Shown here: positions 20,073 through 30,395 of the stretch, one piece after another
Layout: the number at the start of each line of letters is the position of its first letter
Position numbering within the stretch: the first letter of the stretch is position 1
NCBI GenBank assembly: GCA_964035575.1
Contig: OZ037835.1
Span: forward strand, 806,001-870,000
DNA length: 64,000 bases
Direction: 5' to 3'
Source of the DNA: Rhynchopus sp. YZ270_cl-10
Taxonomy: Eukaryota
Made by a program: the position numbers and the translations under genes
The notes under the pieces: model-generated
The model's input: the letters and a program-made list of their open reading frames with translations, nothing else
Told to the model about the DNA's origin: nothing
Database searches by the model: none

Positions 20073-22649
20073 TCATCGCTGCCTTTTTGGTGATGTCGAC
20101 GCTAACACATTCGCGCAGACGATACTGTTCACCATTTGATGATCTGCTGTAGGTGGCGGCGGGTTTGCCGCCACAAACCCCGGCCGCGGGCTTGTCGGCA
20201 GCCACGGTGGCGGCTCCATATGACGTCTCTGTGTGAGCAGAAACTTCTTCACCCTGTCGTCCTTCTGGGACGACCTGCGGTCCATTGCAGAAGACCCTTC
20301 TGAGGCTTCCTTGGTCAACGCAGTTTGAATGGTATCCAATGCGGCAGCACTTTGCCATTCCGATTGCAGCTTGATGCATCCGGCATGTGGCGTGCCAGAT
20401 ACGGCCTTCTTCAATCGCAATGACGACAACGGTGGGACCAACATTTCTGCTTCTTTTGGATACTTCGAAATGCTGCTCAAAGCCAGCGCAGGGATCTTCC
20501 CTTCAACCGAGAACAAGATGCTGTCACGCTCCCCCTTCGCTCCTCCACCGCTTCCTGGTGTCTGCGCGTTCGCTGCATTTCCCATAAGATAGTCGACAGC
20601 AATTTTTGGATCAACTGCGCAAGACGACGGGGCAGTCCAAGTGAAGGAGTCGCCAGGTTTGAGGAGAGTGTGTGCGGAGACGACAGAGCCAGGGAGTCCG
20701 GTGATGCCTCGGGAGAGGGGGGTGCGGGTGCAGTCGGTCTGCCTGGAGGAGGTGCACAAAGCGTGGAGGTGGCAGATGCATTTTACCCATCTGGACACAG
20801 CACGCCAGTCGCATTTTGCGATGTCTGCGACCCCGCGCATCAACCCATTGACCTCTGAGAACAGCGCTTTGTTCCGATCCTTATTCTCTTCTGTGTAGGC
20901 CTTCCACTTTTCCTTTTCCTTTGCATAGTCCGGCACGTCGTTGTACCCCATAAGCGCGTCGATGTCGGGTCCAGACATTGTGTATAAAACCATCAGGAGA
21001 AGTTGAACTTTGCACTTTCCTGGATAAAGACCACCTTTTGTACGCGCAAGTTGTGCGGCAGCTTCCGAGAGAAGAAGCAATTTGTCAACGTGTGGAGGCG
21101 CAACGAGGTTCCAACAGAGCTCTTCCAGGACCCCTTTTGGTTTGTTGGTGAACGCTGAGGACAGACGTTTTGCCACAGCGGGGAGATCCGCTTGGAGGGA
21201 GCTGAGTGTAGGCATGGCGGCACCCCCTGCCTTTGCGTCGCAGACTTCATCAGACGTTTGCAGGGTCATCTTCGCCGCCCGCTTCGAAAGCGCAATCTCC
21301 CTCAACACTTCCTCATTCTCCTGCAACAGACGGTCCGCCTTCCTCCGCAGGGATCTGGTCGTCACCATGCCAGTTGCCTTATCTTTCATCGCATCGAAGT
21401 CATCGCTCAACCCTGTATCACGGCAAAGGTCTTCATAATCCTCTCTCGAGAGGGTGTCGCTTCCTTCATCAGAGTAGGCGGTGATAAGAAGACGTGCCAC
21501 ATCCTCCCCTTTGATTTGCACTGCAACAGGGGTCGCTCTTTGAGGTTCGAAGTCACGAAGCCTGCCGATCCCGCTGATACATTGGCGGTCCACCCAAAAG
21601 ATGTTGTGCTCGGGGGTGGAGGGCACCGCGATTTTGATGCGGGAAGTGGAGCCTCTCGGGGGAGTCGTACTGTCCGCTGTGGCGAAGGTGTTCCGGGCGA
21701 GGTACGTCGTGGTGTAGTGGGTCTCAAAGCTGAGGTCGTCGGTGGTGGTGTCAGTGTCCCCTCCTCCACCTCCACCTCCGCCAACCCTCTTGCATCGCAG
21801 CTCAACAGGGTCCAGCAGCACCACCTCCCCGCCCTGCTGAGGAGCCGGACGCACAAACGTCACAACAATCTGACAGCCCTGCTTCAGAACCGCAGCGGTA
21901 TTCCCAGAGTCGCTCTCGGGGTCCTCCTTGACCCCACCGCGGAAGACCCTTTCCCCTCCATTCTTTGCGACCATTGCTGCGATTTCCTCTCCATCCGTTA
22001 TCACAACTGTGTCCCCGCTCATCAACGTTGCTTCGAAGCGGAGAATCTCTGCCCCAGGGGAAAGCGGGGTGGAGGGTGGTGTCGTGCCCTCCCGGATAGG
22101 GGCGATGTCGCGGTGCTGTGGTGCATCGACTTCGGGGCTGTCATGATGTAGCACCACATTCTCGCCAACGGCCAACCCCCTGCACGACGTAAGCACACAG
22201 CAGCGCTCCCCAGCCCGCCTCTCTGCGGCGCGCAGCAGGCCCGACAGCAGAAGGTTCTTTGGGTGTGTCTTCTCTGTCGTGGTTTCCTGATACGCGAGCT
22301 TCTTGACAAGGTACCGCGTCGCCATTTCCTGCGTCCGTCCTGGACCCGCCTTCCGCGGCCCGGCGACGAACTCCTGAGGAATACGATACGCTTTGTCGGC
22401 ATCAACCAAGGTGCTGAACGCAAGAAGCGCAGCCTCCTGTCTGGGCCCCAATCGTGCCTTGGGCATCATGTGCGTGCGTTCGTGAAGTGGAAGCGGAAGC
22501 GGGTCCGGAGCCACGTGGCCATGCCCTGCATACAGCACAGCAGGGTTCACTGCAGCAAGCGATTGAGGTGCAACGAAATGCATATGTGGCACCGGAGGGT
22601 GCCTGCGTGGTGACTCAACGTTCGAGCTCCATTCGGCGATGGAAGGCAT
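20073..22649 (-). CDS. 858-aa protein with C-terminal R-S-E-type ADP-ribosyltransferase-like domain and a possible EF-hand
   Basis: LYTM...LFSEVNGLMR, PLSRGITG, FTWTAPSSCA, ILFSV, ISKYPKEAEMLVPPLS occur in ART order (~20410-20995). DEGSDTLSREDY is EF-hand-like. Confidence 0.75.
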   Translation of the reverse strand: MPSIAEWSSNVESPRRHPPVPHMHFVAPQSLAAVNPAVLYAGHGHVAPDPLPLPLHERTHMMPKARLGPRQEAALLAFSTLVDADKAYRIPQEFVAGPRKAGPGRTQEMATRYLVKKLAYQETTTEKTHPKNLLLSGLLRAAERRAGERCCVLTSCRGLAVGENVVLHHDSPEVDAPQHRDIAPIREGTTPPSTPLSPGAEILRFEATLMSGDTVVITDGEEIAAMVAKNGGERVFRGGVKEDPESDSGNTAAVLKQGCQIVVTFVRPAPQQGGEVVLLDPVELRCKRVGGGGGGGGDTDTTTDDLSFETHYTTTYLARNTFATADSTTPPRGSTSRIKIAVPSTPEHNIFWVDRQCISGIGRLRDFEPQRATPVAVQIKGEDVARLLITAYSDEGSDTLSREDYEDLCRDTGLSDDFDAMKDKATGMVTTRSLRRKADRLLQENEEVLREIALSKRAAKMTLQTSDEVCDAKAGGAAMPTLSSLQADLPAVAKRLSSAFTNKPKGVLEELCWNLVAPPHVDKLLLLSEAAAQLARTKGGLYPGKCKVQLLLMVLYTMSGPDIDALMGYNDVPDYAKEKEKWKAYTEENKDRNKALFSEVNGLMRGVADIAKCDWRAVSRWVKCICHLHALCTSSRQTDCTRTPLSRGITGLPGSVVSAHTLLKPGDSFTWTAPSSCAVDPKIAVDYLMGNAANAQTPGSGGGAKGERDSILFSVEGKIPALALSSISKYPKEAEMLVPPLSSLRLKKAVSGTPHAGCIKLQSEWQSAAALDTIQTALTKEASEGSSAMDRRSSQKDDRVKKFLLTQRRHMEPPPWLPTSPRPGFVAANPPPPTADHQMVNSIVCANVLASTSPKRQR

Positions 22650-23113
22650 GTGTCAGGGGTGGGGGGTGGGGGGTGAGGATGGGATGGGAAGGTGTTTGCA
22701 AGCTAGTGTGTGGTGTTGGTGGTGTGGGTCCGAGCGGGAATGTGTGGTGGGTGGGGTTGCATGGCATGGTGATTATCCGTAAACTAAGTAATGTTGTCGA
22801 AATAGCTACAAACTCCAGGGAAAAAGCAAAGTCGGAAATGAATAGTGTACATGTGGAAGTGGCAGTGTGTGACACTCCAAAAAACGAAGTGGTCAAAGCA
22901 CAAACTAACGTAAACATCCACAAAACGAACAGAACACATGTGTAATCGCAACACATCTTGGAAAAGATGTGTGAATATGCCGCCCTTCTGTCCTCAAGGC
23001 ACCCGCAGTGGCACCACCGCACGAGGCAGTGTCAACACCATTCGTGCTCGTCACTCAGACTGCATTCGTCTTGGAAAAGAGGCAAACACAAAGAGCAAGT
23101 ACGAACAGCACAC

Positions 23114-26100
23114 TCACCCCTTGCTGTTCAAAATAATCCGTCTCGCAAGTTCAGGTTCCACAGCATCAGCATTGCGACAGCCTAATGCACGAGGAACTGT
23201 TGGAGGGACACCGATCACTCTCTTCAGCCGCAACCCATCAACCGTCCCGTCTTCCCCAGTGCAGATGCTCCACACACGCACGGTATCGTCCGAACAACCA
23301 CACATCACTTCGCGTCCATCGGGGCTCACAGCAATACTGAAAAAATTAGCACAATACCCTTGAATCTCTGCCACCTGCTCACCAGTGCTCCACATACGCA
23401 CAGTGCCGTTCCGAGCGCACGACACCACGTGACCTCCATCAGGTGTGAATGCCACTCCGCACACCCTGCTAGAGTGCCGCACGGAGAAGACCTCCTTCCC
23501 GCTGCCAACATCCCACACACGCAGAGATTTGTCCCCAGAGTGTGAAGCAACACGAGACGCATCGGAAGTAACAGCCACACCTTGCACCACAGACGTGTGT
23601 TCGAACACCATCGTCTCTTCTCCAGTGTGCAGTTTCCACATGCGTACGGTGTTGTCATCGGAGCACGACACCACATGCACTCCATCAGGAGTCACTGTCA
23701 CTCCATTGACGATGTCTGTGTGTCCTGTAAATACTGCCACCTCCTTCCCAGTCAGCATGCTCCACACATGGACAGTTTCATAAAACCCACGTTTACCACT
23801 GGAACGGGACAGCACGTGAGATGCATCGGGAGACACCGCCACGCACGTAAATTTTGAACGTTCCTTCCAGATATCTGCAAACTCACTGGAAACTGTGCCG
23901 AAAGTCACTTCCTTCCCCGTCGCAACGTTCCACACATGCACACTGCTTTCGACGTCATCGGAAGAGCAATGAACTGCACTGGATCCATCTGGGAACACAG
24001 CAATACGATTCTTTGTGTCTGGTTCAAACACCTGTGTCTGCCTGCCGGTGGAGGCGTCCCACATGTGTATCTTCTTCTCACTGCGCGAAATGATAGATCC
24101 ATCAGGGGTCGCTCCCACAGAACGCACTGAGGATGAGTGTGCTTCGAAACCTGGTGTCTCCTTCCCGGTCATTATGTTCCACACTCGAATAGTCCCGTCG
24201 TAGGAGCATGAAACCACGTGGCATCCATCTGGTGACACTCGCACTGCACTCACCCCCCTAGTATGTCCTTGCAACACCGTCACCTCCTTCCCAGTCGAAA
24301 TGCTCCAAACGTGTACAGTGCCGCTCTCGGATCCAGCAACCACGTGACATCCATCTGGAGTTACTGCAACAGAATGCAACTCAGCGGCGGCATGGAACAC
24401 CATCACTTCTGCCCCAGTCGAGAGGTTCCAAAGATGTGCTTCCTCCTTGTCGCACGTAACAACGTGGCATCCATCGGGGGTGACTGCCAGTTGATAAATG
24501 AATTCCACACAGCAAGGCCACTGCCTCTCCTGCTTCCCCGTCACCAGATCCCATACGCACAGCTCTTCCTCAGAGCATGTCACAATGTTACGTCCGTCCA
24601 TCGTCACAACCATGCCAGCGCTACAATGCGACGTTACTGCCAGCACTTCCATCCCCGTAACCAGATCCCACACACGGATGCCGTCTTCAGGAGAAGATGA
24701 AACAACTTTAGAACTGTCGGGAGTGACTGCCACTGCAGTCACTTTACCTAAGTGTCCCTCCAAGACGAACACTGCCTCCCCAGTGTGCACATCCCACACA
24801 CGCACAGTTTCCTCAGAACTGGTAACTATGCGGGTTCCGTCAGGTGATACTGCTAATCCATATACACAAGTCTCATGTCCTTCCAAGACCATCACCTCTT
24901 CACCAGAAGACATGCTCCACACATGAATGGTTCCATCAGAGCAACCTGTCACCATTTGAGTGCCATCGGGGGTAACTGCCACAGAATTCGTAGGAAGGTA
25001 GACTACAGGAAGTGGTGTGCCAAGTGCGCAGTCAGGCAGCATCATGCCACCCATGTCGCAGGTGTGGAACTCAGTGTGCTCCAGCCAGCAGTTCGAGAAG
25101 GAAGCGCCCGTCAGCGCCGTCTCCACAAACAGAGACCCGCGCAGGTCGCAGTTCGACACACGGATCCCGCTCAGGTCCTCCCCACTCACAGGGATGCGTG
25201 CACGTGCCAGCAGTGCTGCTGCATTCGACCCTGCTGACACAGCAGCCTCCTCGCTAACACCTGTACCTGAACTGCAACGTGTCGCCTTCACAGCCGCAAG
25301 CAGCTCTGTGCAGGCACGTTCGTACAGCACACTGTCTCCACACACCAGTGCCGCAAAGAACCCAAGCACACGCTGCGAGTCCTTGCTGAAGCTCCGCTGC
25401 ACCAGCGTCCCCAGTGTCCCTGCTGGATCACGTGCAAGCCGCCGTGCTGCAAGGTGCTCCCCAAGCGACTTGTGCCGGAACGTGAACGCACTCCGCTCCT
25501 CCCCAAAGTCCTCAATCCGGAACGGCAGGCAGCGGAAGCACGCATCCCGCACAGCCGCACACACACCGTGCTGCGAATCAAGAATCTGCGACGCCACACC
25601 CACAGTCCCCTGCCACTCGTTTGTCTCCAACATCCTGCATGCAACAAGCTCCCCTGCACGCACCACATCCTCCAAAGACACATCCGAAACAGCAACAGCA
25701 ACAGCAACTCCACCAGACGCCATCTCCTTCTTCGTCCACGTCTCCAGGTAGGCCTCGTAGATCACCTCCTCAGAAGCCTTCCCGCTGCACTGTGCGTGGC
25801 ACGCCATGTGCAGCAAAAACGGGTTCCGCAGCTGCACAAGTCCCTCAACGTCCTCCTCACGCACGAAGACTGTGCACTCTCCATCCTTCTCCTTCTCCTT
25901 CACCTCTTTGTGTTCCTTCTCCCAGGCTGTGTTTGCACGCTCGATGTACGTTCTCGCATCCACCTCTGTGAACGGCTGCATGTACACAGCACGCACACCA
26001 GACCCACACACACCAGACGGAGACGTGTCCACACCCTTCAGGTACTCACCACGCACAGTCACAACAACGCTGCAGTGTGCCTTCACCCACGGATGCCGGC

Positions 26101-28282
26101 ACAGAAGGCCACCCTCAGCCACCACAGCACCCACATCCTCCTGCGTCAGCCCCACCTCGTCCAGCGAGTCCAGCACCAGCACCACCTCGTACGTCTCCGC
26201 AAGGTACGCACGGTCCGCCTCCCGCAGCGCAAACGACTCCAGCACAAACCTGTCCAGCCCTCCCTTCTCAAGCAGGTGCTGCTTCACAGTCGGCAGCGCC
26301 ACAAACACAGGGAAGTACGGCTTCGCATCCACATCCGCAGTCACATCACTCACCACGCTGTTTCTTTTCCTGTTCGTGTCTTCGTTGCTGGTGCTTTCGC
26401 TCTTCCTCGCAGACGTTGCAAGGTCGCTCAGAATTGCAATCGAAGCAGACGTCTTCCCGCTCCCTCCTTCTCCGATCACACACAGCACACCACACGTCCC
26501 TTGTCTTTCTTCTCTCGCATCCACATCAGGCTTGCGCTCTGTGCCCGACGTCTGCCTCCTACGTACACGTGCACGAAGCCACCTCCGCACCTCCTCCATC
26601 AGCGGACGTGTCTCCGACTCATCCACACGTGTGTCATCCCCCACACGCCCCTCCACGTACTGCGCAAGGTAGTCCTTGAAGAACGCGACTGTGTGTCCCA
26701 TCACCTCCTGCAGCGCACCCACCTGCTCAGCCGCACTCGTCTCCCCCACATTTACTCCCACACCACCACCCTCACCCACACCAGCACACACCTCCTGCAT
26801 CACAATCACGTCAAAGCGCAGCCCCATCATCCGCAGCAACGTCGGCGAAAGCTTCCACTGCACTCGGTACTCGATGTTCGCTGTGTACAGCAGCTCGTCC
26901 TCCGAAGCATACACAGACGAGAACTTCACGTCTGCAGCACCCTCCTTCGCCACCACCTCAAAGAACGTCCCACCCTTCCCGTACATGAAGCTCCGAGCCA
27001 CATCCCGCTTCAGTGTTGTTGACGTGAAGCAGTTCCACACAATGTGCGTATTAAGAGCGTACTTCGCAGACACGTTCACATTGATCCCACGGAACACAGT
27101 CCGCAGCTGCTTCCGACGGCTCCCAATCAGCCGGTCCAGACCACGGATCAGCGGCGCAAAGGTCGCAATCACGTGCAGCTGCGGGGGTGCGGGCGACAGC
27201 TCAAACACGTTCGGTGCTGTCTTCCCAGGTGTCCCCTTCCACTCCTTCACTGCAGCCAGCTGCCCCACAGCACGCATCGCAGTGTTCATCGTCATGTACA
27301 GCGCAAGCGACTGTGATTCCACATCAGCAGCACTCCCGTGGTTGTCCAGCACAGCCCGCTCCGTCAGTCTGATGTACCGCAGCTTCCCGTCAGGCCCTTT
27401 CACAATCTGCGGTGTCCCGTCCTCGTCACACACAACATCCCCGCCGCTGTCCAGCACATACTCCACACAGTCAGAGGTGAACAGGAACCCCGACAGCAGC
27501 AGCTCAAACGGGTCGCGTGCCGCCATCCAGTCCTCCACCTCCACGTGCCCACCACGTGTCCCCGCAGCCTCCCTCCGTCCTCTCATGTCCTCCAGCAGAC
27601 GCTTGCACACCACACGGAACCCCGCCTCCATGTGCCGCACGTGTTCGTCTGTGTAGCCCAACGGCGGATCCATCTTTGGCAGACCACGCAGCCAGCACAG
27701 CAGGTCTTCACCTCCATTGCTGTTCTTGTTGTTGTTGTCGTCTGTTTTCCGCAGCCACTCCACCTTCCGTCCGTCTGTGTGCCGCAGTGCACCCGTGTCC
27801 CCGTCAAGATCGTCCTCTCCCAGCTGTCTGTCTCCAGTCGAGGTGTTCGTGTCTTTCGCCATGTCCATGTGAGGATCAGTAAGAGGTGCTGTCGTTGCAT
27901 CTCCACTGCTCCGTTTCACCCCCACACCTGTTCTTGTTGCTGTTTTTGTGGCGACACCGTCAGTGAGGTACACCTGCACAGCATCCTCCACCTCCACAAG
28001 GATCTCTGCTGCATGCACCCCCAGCTCCGCCTCAAGTCGCCCCCGCACATCCGCGTCCCTGTGCTGCAGTGCGTACCACAGCGGCACCTTCCCGTCCCTG
28101 TCACGCACGTTCCCTGCCCCGTTCAAAACAAGAAACCGCACTGCCTCCACGTCCCCCGCAAGCACGGCACTGTGCAGCATTGTCCTCCCGTCCACGCTGT
28201 CCACTGCGTCCACGGGCCTCTCCTTTCCAGTAATTCCTTTTGCAATCTCGTCCTTTTCAGGCTTCGACGCTCCGGATCCCAT
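23114..28282 (-). CDS. NLR-like ANK-ART-NACHT-pentapeptide-WD40 protein copy 2 (1722 aa)
   Basis: Uninterrupted ORF with the same motifs as copy 1. MGSGASK ATG at 28282. Confidence 0.92.
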   Translation of the reverse strand: MGSGASKPEKDEIAKGITGKERPVDAVDSVDGRTMLHSAVLAGDVEAVRFLVLNGAGNVRDRDGKVPLWYALQHRDADVRGRLEAELGVHAAEILVEVEDAVQVYLTDGVATKTATRTGVGVKRSSGDATTAPLTDPHMDMAKDTNTSTGDRQLGEDDLDGDTGALRHTDGRKVEWLRKTDDNNNKNSNGGEDLLCWLRGLPKMDPPLGYTDEHVRHMEAGFRVVCKRLLEDMRGRREAAGTRGGHVEVEDWMAARDPFELLLSGFLFTSDCVEYVLDSGGDVVCDEDGTPQIVKGPDGKLRYIRLTERAVLDNHGSAADVESQSLALYMTMNTAMRAVGQLAAVKEWKGTPGKTAPNVFELSPAPPQLHVIATFAPLIRGLDRLIGSRRKQLRTVFRGINVNVSAKYALNTHIVWNCFTSTTLKRDVARSFMYGKGGTFFEVVAKEGAADVKFSSVYASEDELLYTANIEYRVQWKLSPTLLRMMGLRFDVIVMQEVCAGVGEGGGVGVNVGETSAAEQVGALQEVMGHTVAFFKDYLAQYVEGRVGDDTRVDESETRPLMEEVRRWLRARVRRRQTSGTERKPDVDAREERQGTCGVLCVIGEGGSGKTSASIAILSDLATSARKSESTSNEDTNRKRNSVVSDVTADVDAKPYFPVFVALPTVKQHLLEKGGLDRFVLESFALREADRAYLAETYEVVLVLDSLDEVGLTQEDVGAVVAEGGLLCRHPWVKAHCSVVVTVRGEYLKGVDTSPSGVCGSGVRAVYMQPFTEVDARTYIERANTAWEKEHKEVKEKEKDGECTVFVREEDVEGLVQLRNPFLLHMACHAQCSGKASEEVIYEAYLETWTKKEMASGGVAVAVAVSDVSLEDVVRAGELVACRMLETNEWQGTVGVASQILDSQHGVCAAVRDACFRCLPFRIEDFGEERSAFTFRHKSLGEHLAARRLARDPAGTLGTLVQRSFSKDSQRVLGFFAALVCGDSVLYERACTELLAAVKATRCSSGTGVSEEAAVSAGSNAAALLARARIPVSGEDLSGIRVSNCDLRGSLFVETALTGASFSNCWLEHTEFHTCDMGGMMLPDCALGTPLPVVYLPTNSVAVTPDGTQMVTGCSDGTIHVWSMSSGEEVMVLEGHETCVYGLAVSPDGTRIVTSSEETVRVWDVHTGEAVFVLEGHLGKVTAVAVTPDSSKVVSSSPEDGIRVWDLVTGMEVLAVTSHCSAGMVVTMDGRNIVTCSEEELCVWDLVTGKQERQWPCCVEFIYQLAVTPDGCHVVTCDKEEAHLWNLSTGAEVMVFHAAAELHSVAVTPDGCHVVAGSESGTVHVWSISTGKEVTVLQGHTRGVSAVRVSPDGCHVVSCSYDGTIRVWNIMTGKETPGFEAHSSSVRSVGATPDGSIISRSEKKIHMWDASTGRQTQVFEPDTKNRIAVFPDGSSAVHCSSDDVESSVHVWNVATGKEVTFGTVSSEFADIWKERSKFTCVAVSPDASHVLSRSSGKRGFYETVHVWSMLTGKEVAVFTGHTDIVNGVTVTPDGVHVVSCSDDNTVRMWKLHTGEETMVFEHTSVVQGVAVTSDASRVASHSGDKSLRVWDVGSGKEVFSVRHSSRVCGVAFTPDGGHVVSCARNGTVRMWSTGEQVAEIQGYCANFFSIAVSPDGREVMCGCSDDTVRVWSICTGEDGTVDGLRLKRVIGVPPTVPRALGCRNADAVEPELARRIILNSKG

Positions 28283-30395
28283 TTTCGTGATGTGTGTCTT
28301 GTGTTGTCCCTGTTCGTGTGTTGTGGTGATGTGGAAAACCTTTGTACCCACGTCGCAGACACACTGCCTCGAGCTTGCGGCAACACACAGGGACGAAGAA
28401 GCACCGCTCCTAGAAGGTGGAAGACATCATGATCGTGTGGCTACTACATTCTGGCGAAGCTGACATATACTGGGATAACTCAGTTAGTATCGCATAAGGC
28501 GTAAGACCAGACGCCGACATATGTGGACCGGTGTTGATTTCTCTCTGCAAAGAAGTTCACGACTGCCTGCTTAATAATAAATCAGGCACAGTACAAGAAG
28601 AACACAACCCTGGCTCTCGAAGATCTAGACCACCCCCTCACTAAGGGCTCTTCTGCAGTCCTCATTCCATCTGGAACGTCATGAAGTAGTGCGTGCAGAA
28701 GTCCGAGGTGATTTACGAGGTACTACGTAAAGCTGCCGGGGCTTTTGGACGGCACCGGCAAGAGAACAGAGGGACGTTGCCTTGCAGAAAAAAGGCCCTC
28801 TCCAAGGAGACTCAGGAGGTGTCGGAAGAGGACCTGCTGCTTGTTTGGCTTTGTGGAAGCCCAACAGGCAGGTACACTTCTGGATGGGGAGGTTGAAGGT
28901 TGTGCAGAGTCACAATATTGTGACACAAAACCCTTCTGCAGGAGCTTGAGGAGGATGAGGCACTTTGGAGAACAGCGACACACTTCGCAAACTACTGACC
29001 ACTGCCCCGCAAGCAGAGAGAGAGCAGCACCCTCCATCGCAGGAGGAGAAGGCACGAGGTTGTCGTCTACAACAAGACTGTTAACACGTCACGCAACGCG
29101 TAGATGTGTTCAGAGGGTTTGTGGCTTCGGAATGTGTCCAGTTTGGATACACTCCCGCTTTAAAGAACTCCTTAAATAGTGGGCGACGAAGGGTGGAAGA
29201 GTATAATGGCGCAGGTCACAGAGCGCATGAAATCTTGGCCCTTGGGGAATTGGTGGATAATGTGGCAGATAAAAGACGAGACGTCCTACCTCACTGAGAG
29301 GCTTCGATGTGGAGTGGTGCAGGGAAGGTGCCACGCCAGCTGCACAGGTGTGCAGGTGGACATGGTGTCGCTGATGTCCTTGCTGCACGCAAACCTTCCT
29401 GCAAAGTGGTACCGCAGTGTCATGGCCGACTCGGCAGTCGCGTCACACAGACACATCTGCAGCACAGTCGTCCTTATGCATGAAGCGCACCCATTTGCTC
29501 GGGAAGGTGCTGTCCTTGCACACCGTCGCAAGGAGTCACCGAACGTCGTGTCTTCACCGACCTCCCTCTACAGGCTGTGGGGCGATGTTCGCGTTCTCGG
29601 TGTTCTCCAGGAAGAGCTCTATTGGTGTTGTGTGGACCAGAGTTGTGCTGTGTGTTGTGGGTATTCGGCATACGGTGCATGTGACACTGTGCAGGGCTTG
29701 TCTCATGTCCAAGACACGAAAGGGGAACACACATTGTTGGCCAAAGAAGTGTTGCTGGGGAAATTTTCTCCCTTATAATCTTTGGGTAAAAGCACAAAAC
29801 ATAAAATCACTTCTGGTACTGGGGGTTCTTGACCGCTTGCCTTCCCCAATCCCGTGTCAACGTAGTAGGGCAGGCACGTGTACTCGTCCAAGGTATTAAC
29901 AGGCACACAGCCCTCATGCCAGTCATCGAAGCAGAACAGATCGCAATACTGAAACTCTCAATCATTCAACAAAAGTATGGAAGGTGTGTGGAATTCCTCA
30001 ACGCTCCACCTTGGTAAAAACAAAACAGCAAGAGCCCCAAACTCCAGGGAAAAACAAAGTCGGAAATGAATAGTGTACAGATGTGGAAGTGGCAGTGTGT
30101 GTCACTCCAAAAACTAAGTGGTCAAGCAAACAAACGTAAACAACCACAAAACGAACAGAACACATGTGTAATCGCAACACATCTTGGAAAAGATGTGAAT
30201 ATGAACAGACAGCACACTTAGTGCACTGGCAGTGTAACACCTCGACAAGCCGCTCTTCTGTCCTCGCACAACGCACCCGCAGTGGCATGAGGGCACCACC
30301 GCACGAGGCAGTGTCAACACCATTCGTGCTCGTCACTCAGACTGCAATCCTCTTGGAAAAGAGGCAAACACAAAGAGCAAGTACGAACAGTGCGC
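28283..30395. repeat. Spacer of the ~7.34-kb tandem NLR duplication unit
   Basis: 28283-28935 is repeated at 35625-36297. 29850-30395 is repeated at ~57350-57935 and partly at 22810-23113 and 2259-2393. ATG-to-ATG distance of copies 2 and 3 is 7342 bp. Confidence 0.8.

Noticed and set aside
29179..29778. 199-aa plus-strand ORF in the NLR spacer, possible retroelement relic
   Set aside because: No recognisable RT or endonuclease motif by eye, and related spacer pieces elsewhere carry indels. A profile search is needed.
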